The notes under the pieces were generated by a model. That model worked only from the letters and a program-made list of their open reading frames with translations. It did no database searches and was not told where the DNA came from. Below, in pieces: positions 1-10,421 of a DNA stretch of 64,000 nucleotides (position 1 is the stretch's first letter; the number at the start of each line of letters is the position of its first letter). The DNA is from Candidatus Pacearchaeota archaeon (lineage in GTDB: Archaea > Nanobdellota > Nanobdellia > Pacearchaeales > GW2011-AR1). The stretch is from positions 94,694 to 158,693 of the forward strand of contig JAIFVX010000002.1 of the NCBI GenBank assembly GCA_019659125.1. The letters run 5' to 3'. The translations under genes were made by a program, and so were the position numbers.

Positions 1-700
1 CTTTCTTATTCAATCTTCGGGCTTCCTGCATAAGAAGCGTTGGTGAAGAAGAGATAACTACATCCATGACTACATCATATTTATCTATTGAGTTTAAAGG
101 AATAGGGCATTCATTAGGATCTTTCATGCCGACGGAGGTGGCATTAATGAGAAGCTTCCCTTCTTCGTGTTGAAGCGCGACATAGGGAAGCCATTTTACT
201 TTGAGTTTCTTGGCTAGGTTCATAGCAGTCTCATTTGTCCTGTTGACAATATACAAGTCTGCTTTGTCCTTGAGAGAATATGCAATAGCTCGTGCAACGC
301 CTCCTGCACCGATCAGAATAACCTTATCATCATCTTTTAATTCCACGGTCTTGAGTGCTTCTCGTGCGCCATTCGTGTCAGTATTATGGCCCATGAGGCT
401 CGTACCGTCATTGTAGATTGTGTTGACTGACTCTGTCCTTACCGCATAGCGATCAATGTGATGGTTATGAGCGTTAAGATAGTCGAATGCTGCCCTTTTA
501 TGAGGCATAGAAATGCTACAGCCCTTAAAATTGTCTTTTACAACATCAAGCATTGCTTCAAGGTTACCTGTGACTTTGAGAGGTATGTAAACAAAATTAA
601 GACCAAGGGCTTCATAACCTTCATTATGAAATCTTCTGCCAGACTCGCCTGGCTGTGCTGCTAGAGAGACGCATATAGCTGTTTCTTTTGTAACGTTCAT
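1..700 (-). CDS. Shikimate dehydrogenase-like protein (AroE/SdhL family), 3' end runs off the window
   Basis: Not in the ORF track. Manual translation from ATG at 700 gives MNVTKETAICVSLAAQPGESGRRFHNEGY...GCSISMPHK...SVNTI...GHNTD...LIGAGGVARAI...LINATSVGM...VMDVV, which are the shikimate dehydrogenase motifs. The frame is open to position 1. Confidence 0.88.
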   Translation of the reverse strand, partial: MNVTKETAICVSLAAQPGESGRRFHNEGYEALGLNFVYIPLKVTGNLEAMLDVVKDNFKGCSISMPHKRAAFDYLNAHNHHIDRYAVRTESVNTIYNDGTSLMGHNTDTNGAREALKTVELKDDDKVILIGAGGVARAIAYSLKDKADLYIVNRTNETAMNLAKKLKVKWLPYVALQHEEGKLLINATSVGMKDPNECPIPLNSIDKYDVVMDVVISSSPTLLMQEARRLNKK

Positions 701-846
701 TTCCCACCGTCCTGTAATCTATACGATACACCTAATGTGTTCGCCTATTACAAGTATATAGGTTTAAAATTATACACGGCAGTGCTTTAAAAAGATTGTT
801 GTGATAGCATAGAAATCTATATAAAAAGATTGGAACAGAGGTCTTT

Positions 847-2001
847 ATGAGAAAGGTACAGTTTTATCCTTACATTGACCAGATCCACACCTCTTACAAG
901 TCATTAATTGAACAACCTCCGGCTGGATATACATTCATTGGAGTCCCTCGTTCTGAAAGGAGCAGATGGATTGATGGGCTGAGAAAATATTCAATCTTAA
1001 GAAAAGCATACAAGGTATTCCTCCGCCTTTTCAACACAACGAAGATTGTAGAATATTCTTTTCAAGGACCTTCAATGCATGAGGCAGACATTGTCTATTC
1101 ATTTGGAACGTTTTACAAGGGCACAAAGCCTTTCGTTGTTGATTTGCTTGACTCTCCCTACTCCTTAGCAGGAAACAACTATCATCTATTCATAAGGAAT
1201 AGAATGAATATTGAAAAATACCTTGCTGCTGAAAACTGTAAATATGTCATATGCACTCACGACACCTCTCTTGAATTCATGAAGAAACATTTTAGCAAAG
1301 AAGTACAGAAGAAGCTTGTCCTCATACCTCAGGCGGTCAAACCTATCTCTTTCAAAAAAAGTAAATCTCCACGGTTCAGGGCCCTTTTCATGGGATCCAT
1401 TAATAATCCTGATGATTTTTACCTCAAGGGAGGTTTGGAGGCAATTTATGCATTCCAAGCACTCGGAAAAGAGAATGCAGAACTCATTGTGCGATGCAAA
1501 GTCCCTGAAAGCGTTAAAAATCTTGTAAGGAAATCAAATAACATTACCCTTCTTGATGAAATCCTTCCTTTTGATAAAGTTATAGAGCTATATACAAGCT
1601 CAGACATGCTCTTGATGCCAAGCCATCAATATGTCCTTATGGCTACTCTGGAATCCTTGTATTTTGGTCTTCCTATTGTCGCCCTTGACACCTATGCGGT
1701 GAAAGACTTTGTAAAGGACGGATACAATGGATTTTTAGTCAAGCCTTCCAGCCAGATATTAGCTTATAAGGATCCAATCTATCCCACCAATCTTCGAAGT
1801 GCCGAATTCATCTCTGAAATACGGGCTCCTGACCCCATACTGATAAGCAATTTGGCTGATAGAATTAGAACCTTAATAAAAAACTCAAAACTAAGGAAAA
1901 AAATGGGAGATAATGCAAGAAAGCTTGCAACAACTGTATTCTCCATCGAGGAGCGGAACAAGAAGCTTAAGAATATTTTTGATACTATGATTTCTTCTTA
2001 A
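847..2001 (+). CDS. Glycosyltransferase family 4 (GT-B)
   Basis: C-terminal GT4 signature (LKGG...SDMLLMPS...LESLYFGLPIV...DGYNGFLV). Confidence 0.85.
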   Translation: MRKVQFYPYIDQIHTSYKSLIEQPPAGYTFIGVPRSERSRWIDGLRKYSILRKAYKVFLRLFNTTKIVEYSFQGPSMHEADIVYSFGTFYKGTKPFVVDLLDSPYSLAGNNYHLFIRNRMNIEKYLAAENCKYVICTHDTSLEFMKKHFSKEVQKKLVLIPQAVKPISFKKSKSPRFRALFMGSINNPDDFYLKGGLEAIYAFQALGKENAELIVRCKVPESVKNLVRKSNNITLLDEILPFDKVIELYTSSDMLLMPSHQYVLMATLESLYFGLPIVALDTYAVKDFVKDGYNGFLVKPSSQILAYKDPIYPTNLRSAEFISEIRAPDPILISNLADRIRTLIKNSKLRKKMGDNARKLATTVFSIEERNKKLKNIFDTMISS

Positions 2002-3733
2002 GCAAGTAATTTCCAAGAGCAAGATACTTGAGGGATGAGTTTGCTACTGTATGCAATGCATCTTCAGGGGTGAGAACATTTGGCTCCCCGTGAAGATTGA
2101 ATGAGGTGTTCAGCACCCCACCTATTCCCGTTAATTTCTTAAATGAATTAATGATTTCCCAGTAATCTGGATTCCATTCCTTGTAGACAACTTGTGGGCG
2201 AAGCGTGAAGTCGTAGGAATGCATCGCCGCTGGAAGATGTTTCCTTGCAAGAGGGGTTGAGTCGAAGGTAATCACCATATATGGGGCAGCCATCTTCTTT
2301 TTATTTACGAAATACTTCGAGGCATCGGTATCAATAATGCTGGGAGTGAATGGCATCCAGAAATCTCTGTCTTTGATGGTTTCATTAAGTACCTGCACCG
2401 CGGCAGGGTTTGAGGGATTGGATAAAATAGATCGATTGCCAAGAGCTCGTGCTCCCCATTCACTTCTTCCTGAACAGCGAGCGACGATTTCCCCTTTTGC
2501 AAGAAGTTTTGCGATCTCTTTGTTAATGCTCTTAGGCTTGGTTATCTCGTATCCGTTTTCAAGTTTCCTTTGCTGTATAAGGTTTTTAACATAGGCATCA
2601 TCATACATGGGACCTAGATAGAGATCCTTAAGAGGCTGGGGAGTAAATTTTTCATTTGATTCAGTGCAGTATTTTTTATAGCCATATAAGCATGCACCCA
2701 TTGCTGTAGACTCATCACCTGCGCTTGGCATGACGAACATATGATTGACTTCCTTTAGCTCTGAAATCCTTTGATTTGCCTTTACATTCATGAAGACTCC
2801 TCCTGAAAATGCCACATTATGGATAGATGTTTTTTCTATCGCATTTAACACCCACTTTGAGGTAAGGTCCTCTGTAAATTTTTGTATCGATGCAGCAAGT
2901 GTGTCAAACCTCACATATTTCAATGCCTCATCAATAAACGAGTCTGCATATTGCATTCTGAACTTTGACTTGAAATGTAGTCCATCAACCCAAAGAATCT
3001 TCTGTAAAAGAGGATAGACATCCTCCACTTTGTCTTTCTTAGCATATGGAGCGAGGCCCATGACCTTGAATTCATGTTCATTCGGTCGCATTCCAAGAGC
3101 AACAGTAAAAATAGCATAGAGATATCCTAACGAGGCAGCCTTAGGCGTCGATGCGATCCTTTTTAGCTCCTGGCCATCATATACACTGACTGTTGCACAC
3201 AGGCCGTCGCCTTCTGCATCGAGAGAAAAGACAAGTGTTTTTTCATTAGAGGGAAGATTGAAACAGGTTGATAGTGCATGGCATAGATGATGATCTGTGT
3301 AAATGATCTTACTTTTATCAATATTGAAGTAACGAGCTACGTCGTTTGTTCTTTTTTCTTTCATTCGCTCGAGATTCCTTTCATCCTTAGCATGCTTCAT
3401 GTCAATCATCCAACCTGTACTTGACGGATACTTATACGACATGTATCCAAAGAGTTTCTTCATGAGAGGTTTTTTTGTATATGTTTCTCGATAGCTATTA
3501 TAGACCTTTCCTGGGCTCTTCAGATCCGCTCCCAGGGTACTGAAAACAACATATTGTAGATCTTGAGGGGTTATTTTAGCATACTCAAGGACATACTTTA
3601 TAGAGTGATGGGGGAATCCTACATGATTTTTCAGCCTTGAAAATCTTTCTTCGCTGACGCAGGCAATTATCTTTCCATCCTTCAATAGGGCGGCTGTTCC
3701 GTTATGTCCGGGATTTATTCCCAAAATATACAT
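1985..3733 (-). CDS. O-carbamoyltransferase (NodU/CmcH/TobZ family)
   Basis: ILGINPGHN, EERFSRLK, DHHLCHA, EFKVMGLAPY, SGGVFMNVK, AGDES, EWGARALGNRSIL, LNTSFNLHGEP. Start moved to the ATG at 3733. Confidence 0.93.
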   Translation of the reverse strand: MYILGINPGHNGTAALLKDGKIIACVSEERFSRLKNHVGFPHHSIKYVLEYAKITPQDLQYVVFSTLGADLKSPGKVYNSYRETYTKKPLMKKLFGYMSYKYPSSTGWMIDMKHAKDERNLERMKEKRTNDVARYFNIDKSKIIYTDHHLCHALSTCFNLPSNEKTLVFSLDAEGDGLCATVSVYDGQELKRIASTPKAASLGYLYAIFTVALGMRPNEHEFKVMGLAPYAKKDKVEDVYPLLQKILWVDGLHFKSKFRMQYADSFIDEALKYVRFDTLAASIQKFTEDLTSKWVLNAIEKTSIHNVAFSGGVFMNVKANQRISELKEVNHMFVMPSAGDESTAMGACLYGYKKYCTESNEKFTPQPLKDLYLGPMYDDAYVKNLIQQRKLENGYEITKPKSINKEIAKLLAKGEIVARCSGRSEWGARALGNRSILSNPSNPAAVQVLNETIKDRDFWMPFTPSIIDTDASKYFVNKKKMAAPYMVITFDSTPLARKHLPAAMHSYDFTLRPQVVYKEWNPDYWEIINSFKKLTGIGGVLNTSFNLHGEPNVLTPEDALHTVANSSLKYLALGNYLLKKKS

Positions 3734-3751
3734 GTAGAGCACTAAAAGGGA

Positions 3752-4525
3752 TTACTTATAAAGATTGTTGTTCCTTTTCGCATACAGCATGCCTTGCTGG
3801 GGAGAATCTGGCTTGAGAGTTACTGAAAAGCCTCTCTTCTCAAGGAAACCCTTAAGTGTTCGGATATTCTTGCGGCTATCCAGATTATGATATTCCAGGC
3901 CAATCATTCTTATTTTTTTCAAGATTGCTGGTGAACATGAAAAAAGAATGTCATATTCAGCACCCTCGCAATCCATCTTGAGAAAATCTAGCGAGGCCCA
4001 TGCATTCCTTTTCATGATATCAGCGAGAGATGTTGCATTGACGTGCTGCTTGTTCCGAGCTGATGGGCTTTCATAGATAGAGTGGCAGAGAGGATTATCT
4101 GAAAAAAACATTGTTAATACCCCTTTCTTGGAAGAAACCGCCTCATTATATGCCGTAATATTTTTTAGATTATTAAGGGCTATATTCTCCTGTAGCAATT
4201 TGAAATTGGAGGGGGCTGGCTCAAAGGCAAGAATTTTCGCATGAGGGGAGTAATAAGAAGCGAATAATGAGAAAAACCCTATATGAGCCCCTATATCAAT
4301 GACTGTCTTTATTTCCCTTATTTGCCCTGGCCCCCCATACGCATGATGAACCCAGATTTCATTTAATGTTGTTCTATCAGTAGTTCCTGCCCGTACCTTA
4401 TACTTGATTCCATTTCTCAATTTATAGACAATGTATTTTCCTTTTATCATGCGAGCGTAATCAAGCAGATAGAGTGGCCAGTTCTTCACTGTCTTTATGA
4501 TCCTGAATAATGTCCTTATTTTCAT
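3752..4525 (-). CDS. FkbM-family methyltransferase
   Basis: VIDIGAHIG, AFEP, FLKMDCEGAE. The ATG at 4525 overlaps the upstream TGA (ATGA). Confidence 0.88.
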   Translation of the reverse strand: MKIRTLFRIIKTVKNWPLYLLDYARMIKGKYIVYKLRNGIKYKVRAGTTDRTTLNEIWVHHAYGGPGQIREIKTVIDIGAHIGFFSLFASYYSPHAKILAFEPAPSNFKLLQENIALNNLKNITAYNEAVSSKKGVLTMFFSDNPLCHSIYESPSARNKQHVNATSLADIMKRNAWASLDFLKMDCEGAEYDILFSCSPAILKKIRMIGLEYHNLDSRKNIRTLKGFLEKRGFSVTLKPDSPQQGMLYAKRNNNLYK

Positions 4526-5484
4526 TGAAAGTTTCTTACCCTTCCTTTTCGTATCTGTCCAAGATGGGTAAAGCAATATATAAGCGAAGAAAGATAAAAT
4601 GTAAGCCGTAGTATATTCTCTTTCTTTCCCGATGTCAACGCCGAAATCTTTCTCAGAAGAGTAATCCCCAGAAGGGACCAGATGAACTTAAACTGCTGAA
4701 GTATGCCTTTATTCATGTCTTTAAAGTTGAAATAGAAGTGGTCAACCTGATTAAGGTAGCTTATCTTTCTCGTTGGATAACGTTCAATGGATGAAGCTCT
4801 ATGCACAATATCTGCGTAGGGTGTAAGAAACAGTGATGAATGATGACGCATGTACAACCGATAGGAGAAGTCCATATCCTCCACTACGGTGTATCCAAGG
4901 AGATTCTCGTCGAACTGCTGTTCACTAAATACCTCTCGTTTGTAGACCATGTTCACTCCTGGAAGCCATTGCGTATTCTTTGTCTTCGCAAGATGAATGG
5001 GATAGAGGTTCCCGTACGAGGAAACTACATCTGTTCTTTCATTTTCTCGCCTGCTTAGGAAGAACAATTTCTTAAGAAGAATCATGAACGGAGAATCCTT
5101 GGCGTCCTCTTTAATATAGGCTGCTGCTGCCCGTGCATCGGGATTCTCATTGAAGACCTTTAAAATCTCGGAAAAATAATTTTTCCCAAGGGTAACATCA
5201 TCATCAATAAAGCACACAAGCCTTCCCGATGACGCCTTCGCTCCCTTATTTCTCGCGATAGTAATCGAGGGTTGTGATGAATAGAGATAGGTTATGTTCT
5301 TTATGCTTTTTACAACCCTTTTTGTCCTGTCATCTTTGCTTTGGTCAACGACAATAACTTCCTTCACGGGGAATTTCCTTAATGAAGAAAGGGTTAATGC
5401 AATATCGTCCGGTCTATTGTAGGTAGGAATGATAACTGACAGATCACGTATACCATAGCTAACGAATGATTTTTTCTTTTTCAT
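4522..5484 (-). CDS. Glycosyltransferase family 2
   Basis: SVIIPTYNR, VVDQS, ARNKG, FIDDD, EDMDFSYR. Confidence 0.9.
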   Translation of the reverse strand: MKKKKSFVSYGIRDLSVIIPTYNRPDDIALTLSSLRKFPVKEVIVVDQSKDDRTKRVVKSIKNITYLYSSQPSITIARNKGAKASSGRLVCFIDDDVTLGKNYFSEILKVFNENPDARAAAAYIKEDAKDSPFMILLKKLFFLSRRENERTDVVSSYGNLYPIHLAKTKNTQWLPGVNMVYKREVFSEQQFDENLLGYTVVEDMDFSYRLYMRHHSSLFLTPYADIVHRASSIERYPTRKISYLNQVDHFYFNFKDMNKGILQQFKFIWSLLGITLLRKISALTSGKKENILRLTFYLSSLIYCFTHLGQIRKGRVRNFQ

Positions 5485-6403
5485 TACTTTTCTTGATATA
5501 TTTATAGTTTTTCAGCGCGGAAGCAAGTGCCGCTAGATAGAGAAGCATACGTTTTGGAAAGTTCTTATGGAATATGGTATTCTTGATGCTAATAGGCTCA
5601 ATAGTGTTTTTCCTTGTAAAGAGAGTGCGCACAAGCTGGCGGAAAGCCATGCTAATCTTGGTTGAAATTGGTGCATACCTGAAATAAAAAATCATCATGC
5701 CCTCGCTCTGCTGCCGATAGAGAAAATCCTTTGCTGAGCCAGTCACTCCGGTAGCGCTCCCTATATGCACGGAGTGTGATTTCCCATTATAGATCATCTT
5801 GAATCCTGCTTTCTTAGCCCTATAGCAGTAATCAAGGTCATTCGGCCCATAAAAGAAATTCTCATCATAATATCCTATCTTTTCCGCCACAGTCCTTCTG
5901 ATAACCATAGCGGGCCCTACAAATGCATCAACCTCCTTTATGAAGTTGTACTTTCCCGTATCTGGTTTATATGAATCATCGGCTCCTTCATAGGGGGTTT
6001 GCAATCTTCCGTCAGGAAATGTATGCTTTCCGCTTCCCAGGCCGTTCTTAGGGTCTTTTTCAAGCTCGTTGATGATTAAGGTAAGCCATTGCGGCTGTAC
6101 AGTAATGATATCATTGTCCATCACACAAACATAGTCTGCTTTCATACTTTTAAGGACGTATTTCCATCCTACGTTAATCCCTTCTGTATATCCGTAGTTT
6201 TTCTTAAGTTTTATGATATGTATCCCTGGATTAACCTTTTTTAGAAACTCAACACTTCCATCAGTCGAGCCATTATCAACAAGAACAACCTTGTAGTTCT
6301 TATACGTGGTCTTTTTCAAAGATTTTAGGCAGTTTGCAGTCATGTCCTTCTTGTTCCAATTAACAATAGCTATTCCTACTAACGGTTCTTTTTGCTTTTT
6401 CAT
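5459..6403 (-). CDS. Glycosyltransferase family 2 (rhamnosyltransferase-like)
   Basis: IVNWN, VDNGSTDGS, NYGY, MDND, DENFF..NDLDYCYR. Confidence 0.9.
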   Translation of the reverse strand: MKKQKEPLVGIAIVNWNKKDMTANCLKSLKKTTYKNYKVVLVDNGSTDGSVEFLKKVNPGIHIIKLKKNYGYTEGINVGWKYVLKSMKADYVCVMDNDIITVQPQWLTLIINELEKDPKNGLGSGKHTFPDGRLQTPYEGADDSYKPDTGKYNFIKEVDAFVGPAMVIRRTVAEKIGYYDENFFYGPNDLDYCYRAKKAGFKMIYNGKSHSVHIGSATGVTGSAKDFLYRQQSEGMMIFYFRYAPISTKISMAFRQLVRTLFTRKNTIEPISIKNTIFHKNFPKRMLLYLAALASALKNYKYIKKSNEKEKIIR

Positions 6404-6927
6404 TTTACAACCTTCAACTTTACTTCAAGGACTTGTGAGGGAAACATATATGCAAAGAATCGTTCATAGATAGGCTGATGGAGATTGACAAGAGGATTAA
6501 AAATCCTCAGGAACCTATTTTCACTATAGATGATTGTTCTTCTGAGGATTTTAAAGTTCATTTTTGAGGATACATCGAAATAATTCTTTAGCTTACCCCT
6601 TTCAAAGAAGTCAAAGGTGGCGGATGCAAAAAAATGCTTGTGCGTGGGATCTTTCACCATATTAAGGCTGCTAAAGTAAGGGACTCCTATAGTGATAATG
6701 GCTCCTGGCTTGGAAATTCTCCAGACTTCTTCCATAGTCTTTACCACATCATCGACATGCTCAAGCACATGATTGATAAGGACTTCTGAGAACGTATTGT
6801 TCCTGAAAGGCAAGGGTGTCTTGTTTATGTCCCATATCTTGTCTACACCTTTGAACTTATAGCTATCAAGGTTTACGTATCCCTGGCGGATGTCCGTCCC
6901 GCAGCCGAGATTCAGCTTTTCTGCCAT
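6400..6927 (-). CDS. Class I SAM-dependent methyltransferase (Methyltransf_11-like)
   Basis: KLNLGCG, LPF, HVLEH, RISKPG, DPTH. Confidence 0.85.
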   Translation of the reverse strand: MAEKLNLGCGTDIRQGYVNLDSYKFKGVDKIWDINKTPLPFRNNTFSEVLINHVLEHVDDVVKTMEEVWRISKPGAIITIGVPYFSSLNMVKDPTHKHFFASATFDFFERGKLKNYFDVSSKMNFKILRRTIIYSENRFLRIFNPLVNLHQPIYERFFAYMFPSQVLEVKLKVVK

Positions 6928-7000
6928 GGTTGAAGCAGTAAATACGGGTTTTTAAACTATATTAGTTTTACTGGAGAACATTTAAATATAGATATACAGG

Positions 7001-7684
7001 TTGGTTGTAATGGTTTTTGATGATATTTTTTCTAGAGTAAGAGAAGCAAGACCTGAAAAACCTGAAGAAGTAGTTGTACTCGCTATTGCGGGATATGGGG
7101 GATCAGGGAAGAGCTACTTTATCAGAGAGTTTTCTGATTATCTTAGCCAAAGAAATCTTGAACCTTTTAAATTATCGACAGATCTGTATCATATGCATCC
7201 TCGATCCAAGAAGAAAACACTCATGAATGAGTTTATGGCCCAAGGTGTTGACCGCACAGAAGCAATCAAGATTGCATATGACCATGATACTAACCTCATG
7301 GCGCAGCATCTGGCTTTAATAAAAGACCGTCAGAATGTACAGGCTTCTGGACTCTATGAGGGAGATAGTGGAGAAAAAAATGCAAAACTCGATATTAACT
7401 TTGAAAACAAGGGGAATGTATGGGTTCTTTTTGAGGGAGTCTATGTACTAGACAAATCTATACGAGGTTTTTTGGATCAAGTTGTATTCCTAGAGGCAAG
7501 CCACCAAACTAGACTGGAAAGAACTGATAAAAGAGCTCAACAGCGTGTGAATCCCTATACTATTGATAGAGAAATATTTCGTGCAATGGATAGAGCAAAT
7601 CATGACTGGCTTGAGCCCCAGAGAAGAGCAGGAGATATTGTTATAGATAACAATGATTATACCAACAGAAAAATAATCTCTTAA
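7001..7684 (+). CDS. P-loop kinase, uridine kinase/phosphoribulokinase-like
   Basis: Walker A GYGGSGKS, DLYH, FEGVY, FLEAS..RLER..R, IVIDN. Start codon uncertain (7001 TTG or 7010 ATG). Confidence 0.7.
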   Translation: MVVMVFDDIFSRVREARPEKPEEVVVLAIAGYGGSGKSYFIREFSDYLSQRNLEPFKLSTDLYHMHPRSKKKTLMNEFMAQGVDRTEAIKIAYDHDTNLMAQHLALIKDRQNVQASGLYEGDSGEKNAKLDINFENKGNVWVLFEGVYVLDKSIRGFLDQVVFLEASHQTRLERTDKRAQQRVNPYTIDREIFRAMDRANHDWLEPQRRAGDIVIDNNDYTNRKIIS

Positions 7685-8235
7685 AGTTTCCTAATTACGT
7701 CTAATACTATCTTCTTCAGATCCTCATTTTGAAAACTCATCGTGGTAAGAAGCGCTTTAGCCTTTGCAGACAATCGTGTATACATGAAGGTTATCTTATC
7801 TTTCAGATAAGGAAGGTGAGTCCTTTGATAGTGCTCAAGGTTATTCTCAAAAAATGATAGACTATCAGCATCTTTCAAAACTTCTACATCGCCTGATCCT
7901 CCAATCTCATGATTCTCGATGAGAGTCTTTACTTTTTTCCTTATTTTATCGTCAATATCAAACTTCTTGAGTATATCATCTATAATCATAGCTGACCGTG
8001 CGGCATGACGCATCTTAAAGGACTCATAACTTTCAGATTCATCTTTTTTTACAGGCTCCCCATAGCTTCTGTCAATATCATGACCAAGTGCGGCAACCTT
8101 TAGAGCTATATCGGCATCGGGTTTGAGCTTTAGAACCCATTTCAATACTGAATGTGAATGACTATATTCAATCTTTGATTTCGAATGCTTTGTGAGATTG
8201 TCTATTTCTTTCGTAATTATGGAAAAATTGTCCAT
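7681..8235 (-). CDS. HD-superfamily protein (DUF4202-like)
   Basis: H...ALGHDIDR...HAARSA...ENHE...LKDADSLSFF. Confidence 0.72.
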   Translation of the reverse strand: MDNFSIITKEIDNLTKHSKSKIEYSHSHSVLKWVLKLKPDADIALKVAALGHDIDRSYGEPVKKDESESYESFKMRHAARSAMIIDDILKKFDIDDKIRKKVKTLIENHEIGGSGDVEVLKDADSLSFFENNLEHYQRTHLPYLKDKITFMYTRLSAKAKALLTTMSFQNEDLKKIVLDVIRKL

Positions 8236-8294
8236 GCTACCCTAGACGATTTCATGATATAATACTTTTTAAACTATTATCTCCATTATTTTGT

Positions 8295-9404
8295 ATGAAG
8301 ATAGGCTTCTTGATCACTTACTTTTACCCTAAGACTGGAGGGGCTGAGAATAATTGCTATTATCTGGCAAGAGAACTAGCAAAGAGGCATGAGGTCCACG
8401 TGTTCTGCTCTGGAGAGAAAGAATCCGATGAAGTCATTGAAGGAATTCAGGTCCATAGGAGCAAGGAGATTTTCAGAATAAAGTATTATCTTGGATTTTA
8501 TCCTTCCATCGTAAAGAAATTGCAGGCATACAAGCTTGATGTGCTCCATGTCCATGGGCTTGGGTTCGTACAGCATGATATTGCCATCAGGAAACTAAGA
8601 AAGGTGAATAAAGACATAAAATTAGTATGTACCCCTCATGGGCCGTTCATGGCACTCGAGCATTATAATCTCATGGGGATGCTATTCAAAAAAATCTATA
8701 CCCCATTCATACGCTCAGCATTAAAGGACTATGATATACTTATCCAAGTCAATCCCTATCAATATCAATGGATGGCTAAGGAGTATGGAATCCCTAAGAG
8801 AAAAATAAAGTTCCTCCCGAATGGAATTGATGAAACTATGTTTACAGAGGCAAAGAAATACACTTTTAAGAACAGTTTTGTGATCTCATATCTTGGAAGG
8901 ATACAAGAATACAAAGGACTTGACCAAGTAATAAGGGCTCTTCCTGAACTTGCTAAAGTACAAAAAAATATTCTCTTTGTTATGATGGGAAAAGATGTAG
9001 GTGATAGGAAGCGATTAGAAAAGATTGCACTGGAATTGCATGTTGAAAAACATATACGCTTCATGGGAGAGGTTTCAGAGCAATTAAAGCGCGGATTGCT
9101 TGATGCTTCCGAAATATTCATTTTTCCCAGCCAGTGGGAGGCATTCGGCATTGTAGTATTAGAGGCAATGGCTCGAGGGAACTCGATCGTGTCCACAAAC
9201 ACTGAAGGTGGAAAATATCTCATTAAGGAAGGAGAGAATGGATATCTCTTCAGTTATGGAAACGAGAAGGAGTTCCTATCCTCCATGACAAGGATAATCC
9301 GAGATCCAAGACTAAGGAAGAAAATGCAGGATAACAACAGGAAGAAAGCCAGGAAATTCTTATGGAAGGATATTGCTAGGCAACTTGAAATGATTTATCG
9401 ATGA
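8295..9404 (+). CDS. Glycosyltransferase family 4
   Basis: YFYPKTGGAE, TPHG, PNGI, LGRIQEYKG, PSQWEAFGIVVLEAMA. Confidence 0.93.
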   Translation: MKIGFLITYFYPKTGGAENNCYYLARELAKRHEVHVFCSGEKESDEVIEGIQVHRSKEIFRIKYYLGFYPSIVKKLQAYKLDVLHVHGLGFVQHDIAIRKLRKVNKDIKLVCTPHGPFMALEHYNLMGMLFKKIYTPFIRSALKDYDILIQVNPYQYQWMAKEYGIPKRKIKFLPNGIDETMFTEAKKYTFKNSFVISYLGRIQEYKGLDQVIRALPELAKVQKNILFVMMGKDVGDRKRLEKIALELHVEKHIRFMGEVSEQLKRGLLDASEIFIFPSQWEAFGIVVLEAMARGNSIVSTNTEGGKYLIKEGENGYLFSYGNEKEFLSSMTRIIRDPRLRKKMQDNNRKKARKFLWKDIARQLEMIYR

Positions 9405-10314
9405 GATTTGGGACTTTCCAGTCATACATTTCCATATATTCTTGCAGACATACTTTCCAATCTCGCGGGATGGTGATTCCCAGGGATTTCAAATTTGTAT
9501 TGACAAGCTTTTCTGACCTAGGTCTTGGTGCGAAATAATCTTGTTTGAAATATGAAGAATCTACCTTCTTTAGGGAAATCTTGTCATGAAGATTGTGGGC
9601 TTGAAGTATTATTTCTGCCACCTCATATCTACTTCCGCCGCCTTCACATACAGAGTTATAGACTCCATATTTTTCCCTATCAATAACGGCACGCATTATC
9701 TTAGCAAGATCATAGGTATAGCTTGGGCTTCCTAGCTTATCATCAATGACTGCAAGCTCAGTTTTTCCTGCTTGTATCTGCTTCATGATCTTATTAATAA
9801 ATTTCTTGTCTTTTGTAGGACCTCCTCCTACCATCCATCCAGCCCGAAAGACAAAATGTTGTGGATTGAGTGTCTTTACAGCATGCTCTCCCTGATATTT
9901 TGACTTTCCATAGACGCTTAAAGGAGAGGCCATTTCATCGTCATGATATTCCTCTTTTTCTCCGTTAAAGACACCTGCAGTTGAGATATATGCCATGGGA
10001 ATTCCCAGCTCTGCCGTAAGTTTTGCAAGATATTCTGGAGATTTTGCATTCACAAGAAAGGCTTCTTCGGGATTCTTTTCGCAATACTCCATGTCAGTAA
10101 GCGCTGCCAGGTGAAGCACGTAATCAGGCTTTAAAGTTATAATTTTTCTCTTTATGGCTGCAAAATCAGTTATGTCTAAATGTTCCAGCCATGGCTCATT
10201 AATATCTTTATCAGTTGGATACAACTGGCAGATGCTTTTAAACTCATGATAGACTGCCTCTCCCAGCATTCCTCCGCACCCTGTAACAAGTACCTTAGTT
10301 TCCTTTTTGATCAT
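9376..10314 (-). CDS. rmlD: dTDP-4-dehydrorhamnose reductase family (SDR)
   Basis: VTGCGGMLG, HLAALT, YIST.VFNG, PLSVYGKSKYQGE, APRPRS. Confidence 0.85.
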   Translation of the reverse strand: MIKKETKVLVTGCGGMLGEAVYHEFKSICQLYPTDKDINEPWLEHLDITDFAAIKRKIITLKPDYVLHLAALTDMEYCEKNPEEAFLVNAKSPEYLAKLTAELGIPMAYISTAGVFNGEKEEYHDDEMASPLSVYGKSKYQGEHAVKTLNPQHFVFRAGWMVGGGPTKDKKFINKIMKQIQAGKTELAVIDDKLGSPSYTYDLAKIMRAVIDREKYGVYNSVCEGGGSRYEVAEIILQAHNLHDKISLKKVDSSYFKQDYFAPRPRSEKLVNTNLKSLGITIPRDWKVCLQEYMEMYDWKVPNLIDKSFQVA

Positions 10315-10421
10315 TAAAAGTTAATATCTAAATTACTTTTAAACGTTTCTATAAAAATTTAGCTACTTGCGTATATAACTGAAATAGAGATATTTTTAAA
10401 TGAGTATTTCCTATTCCAGCT

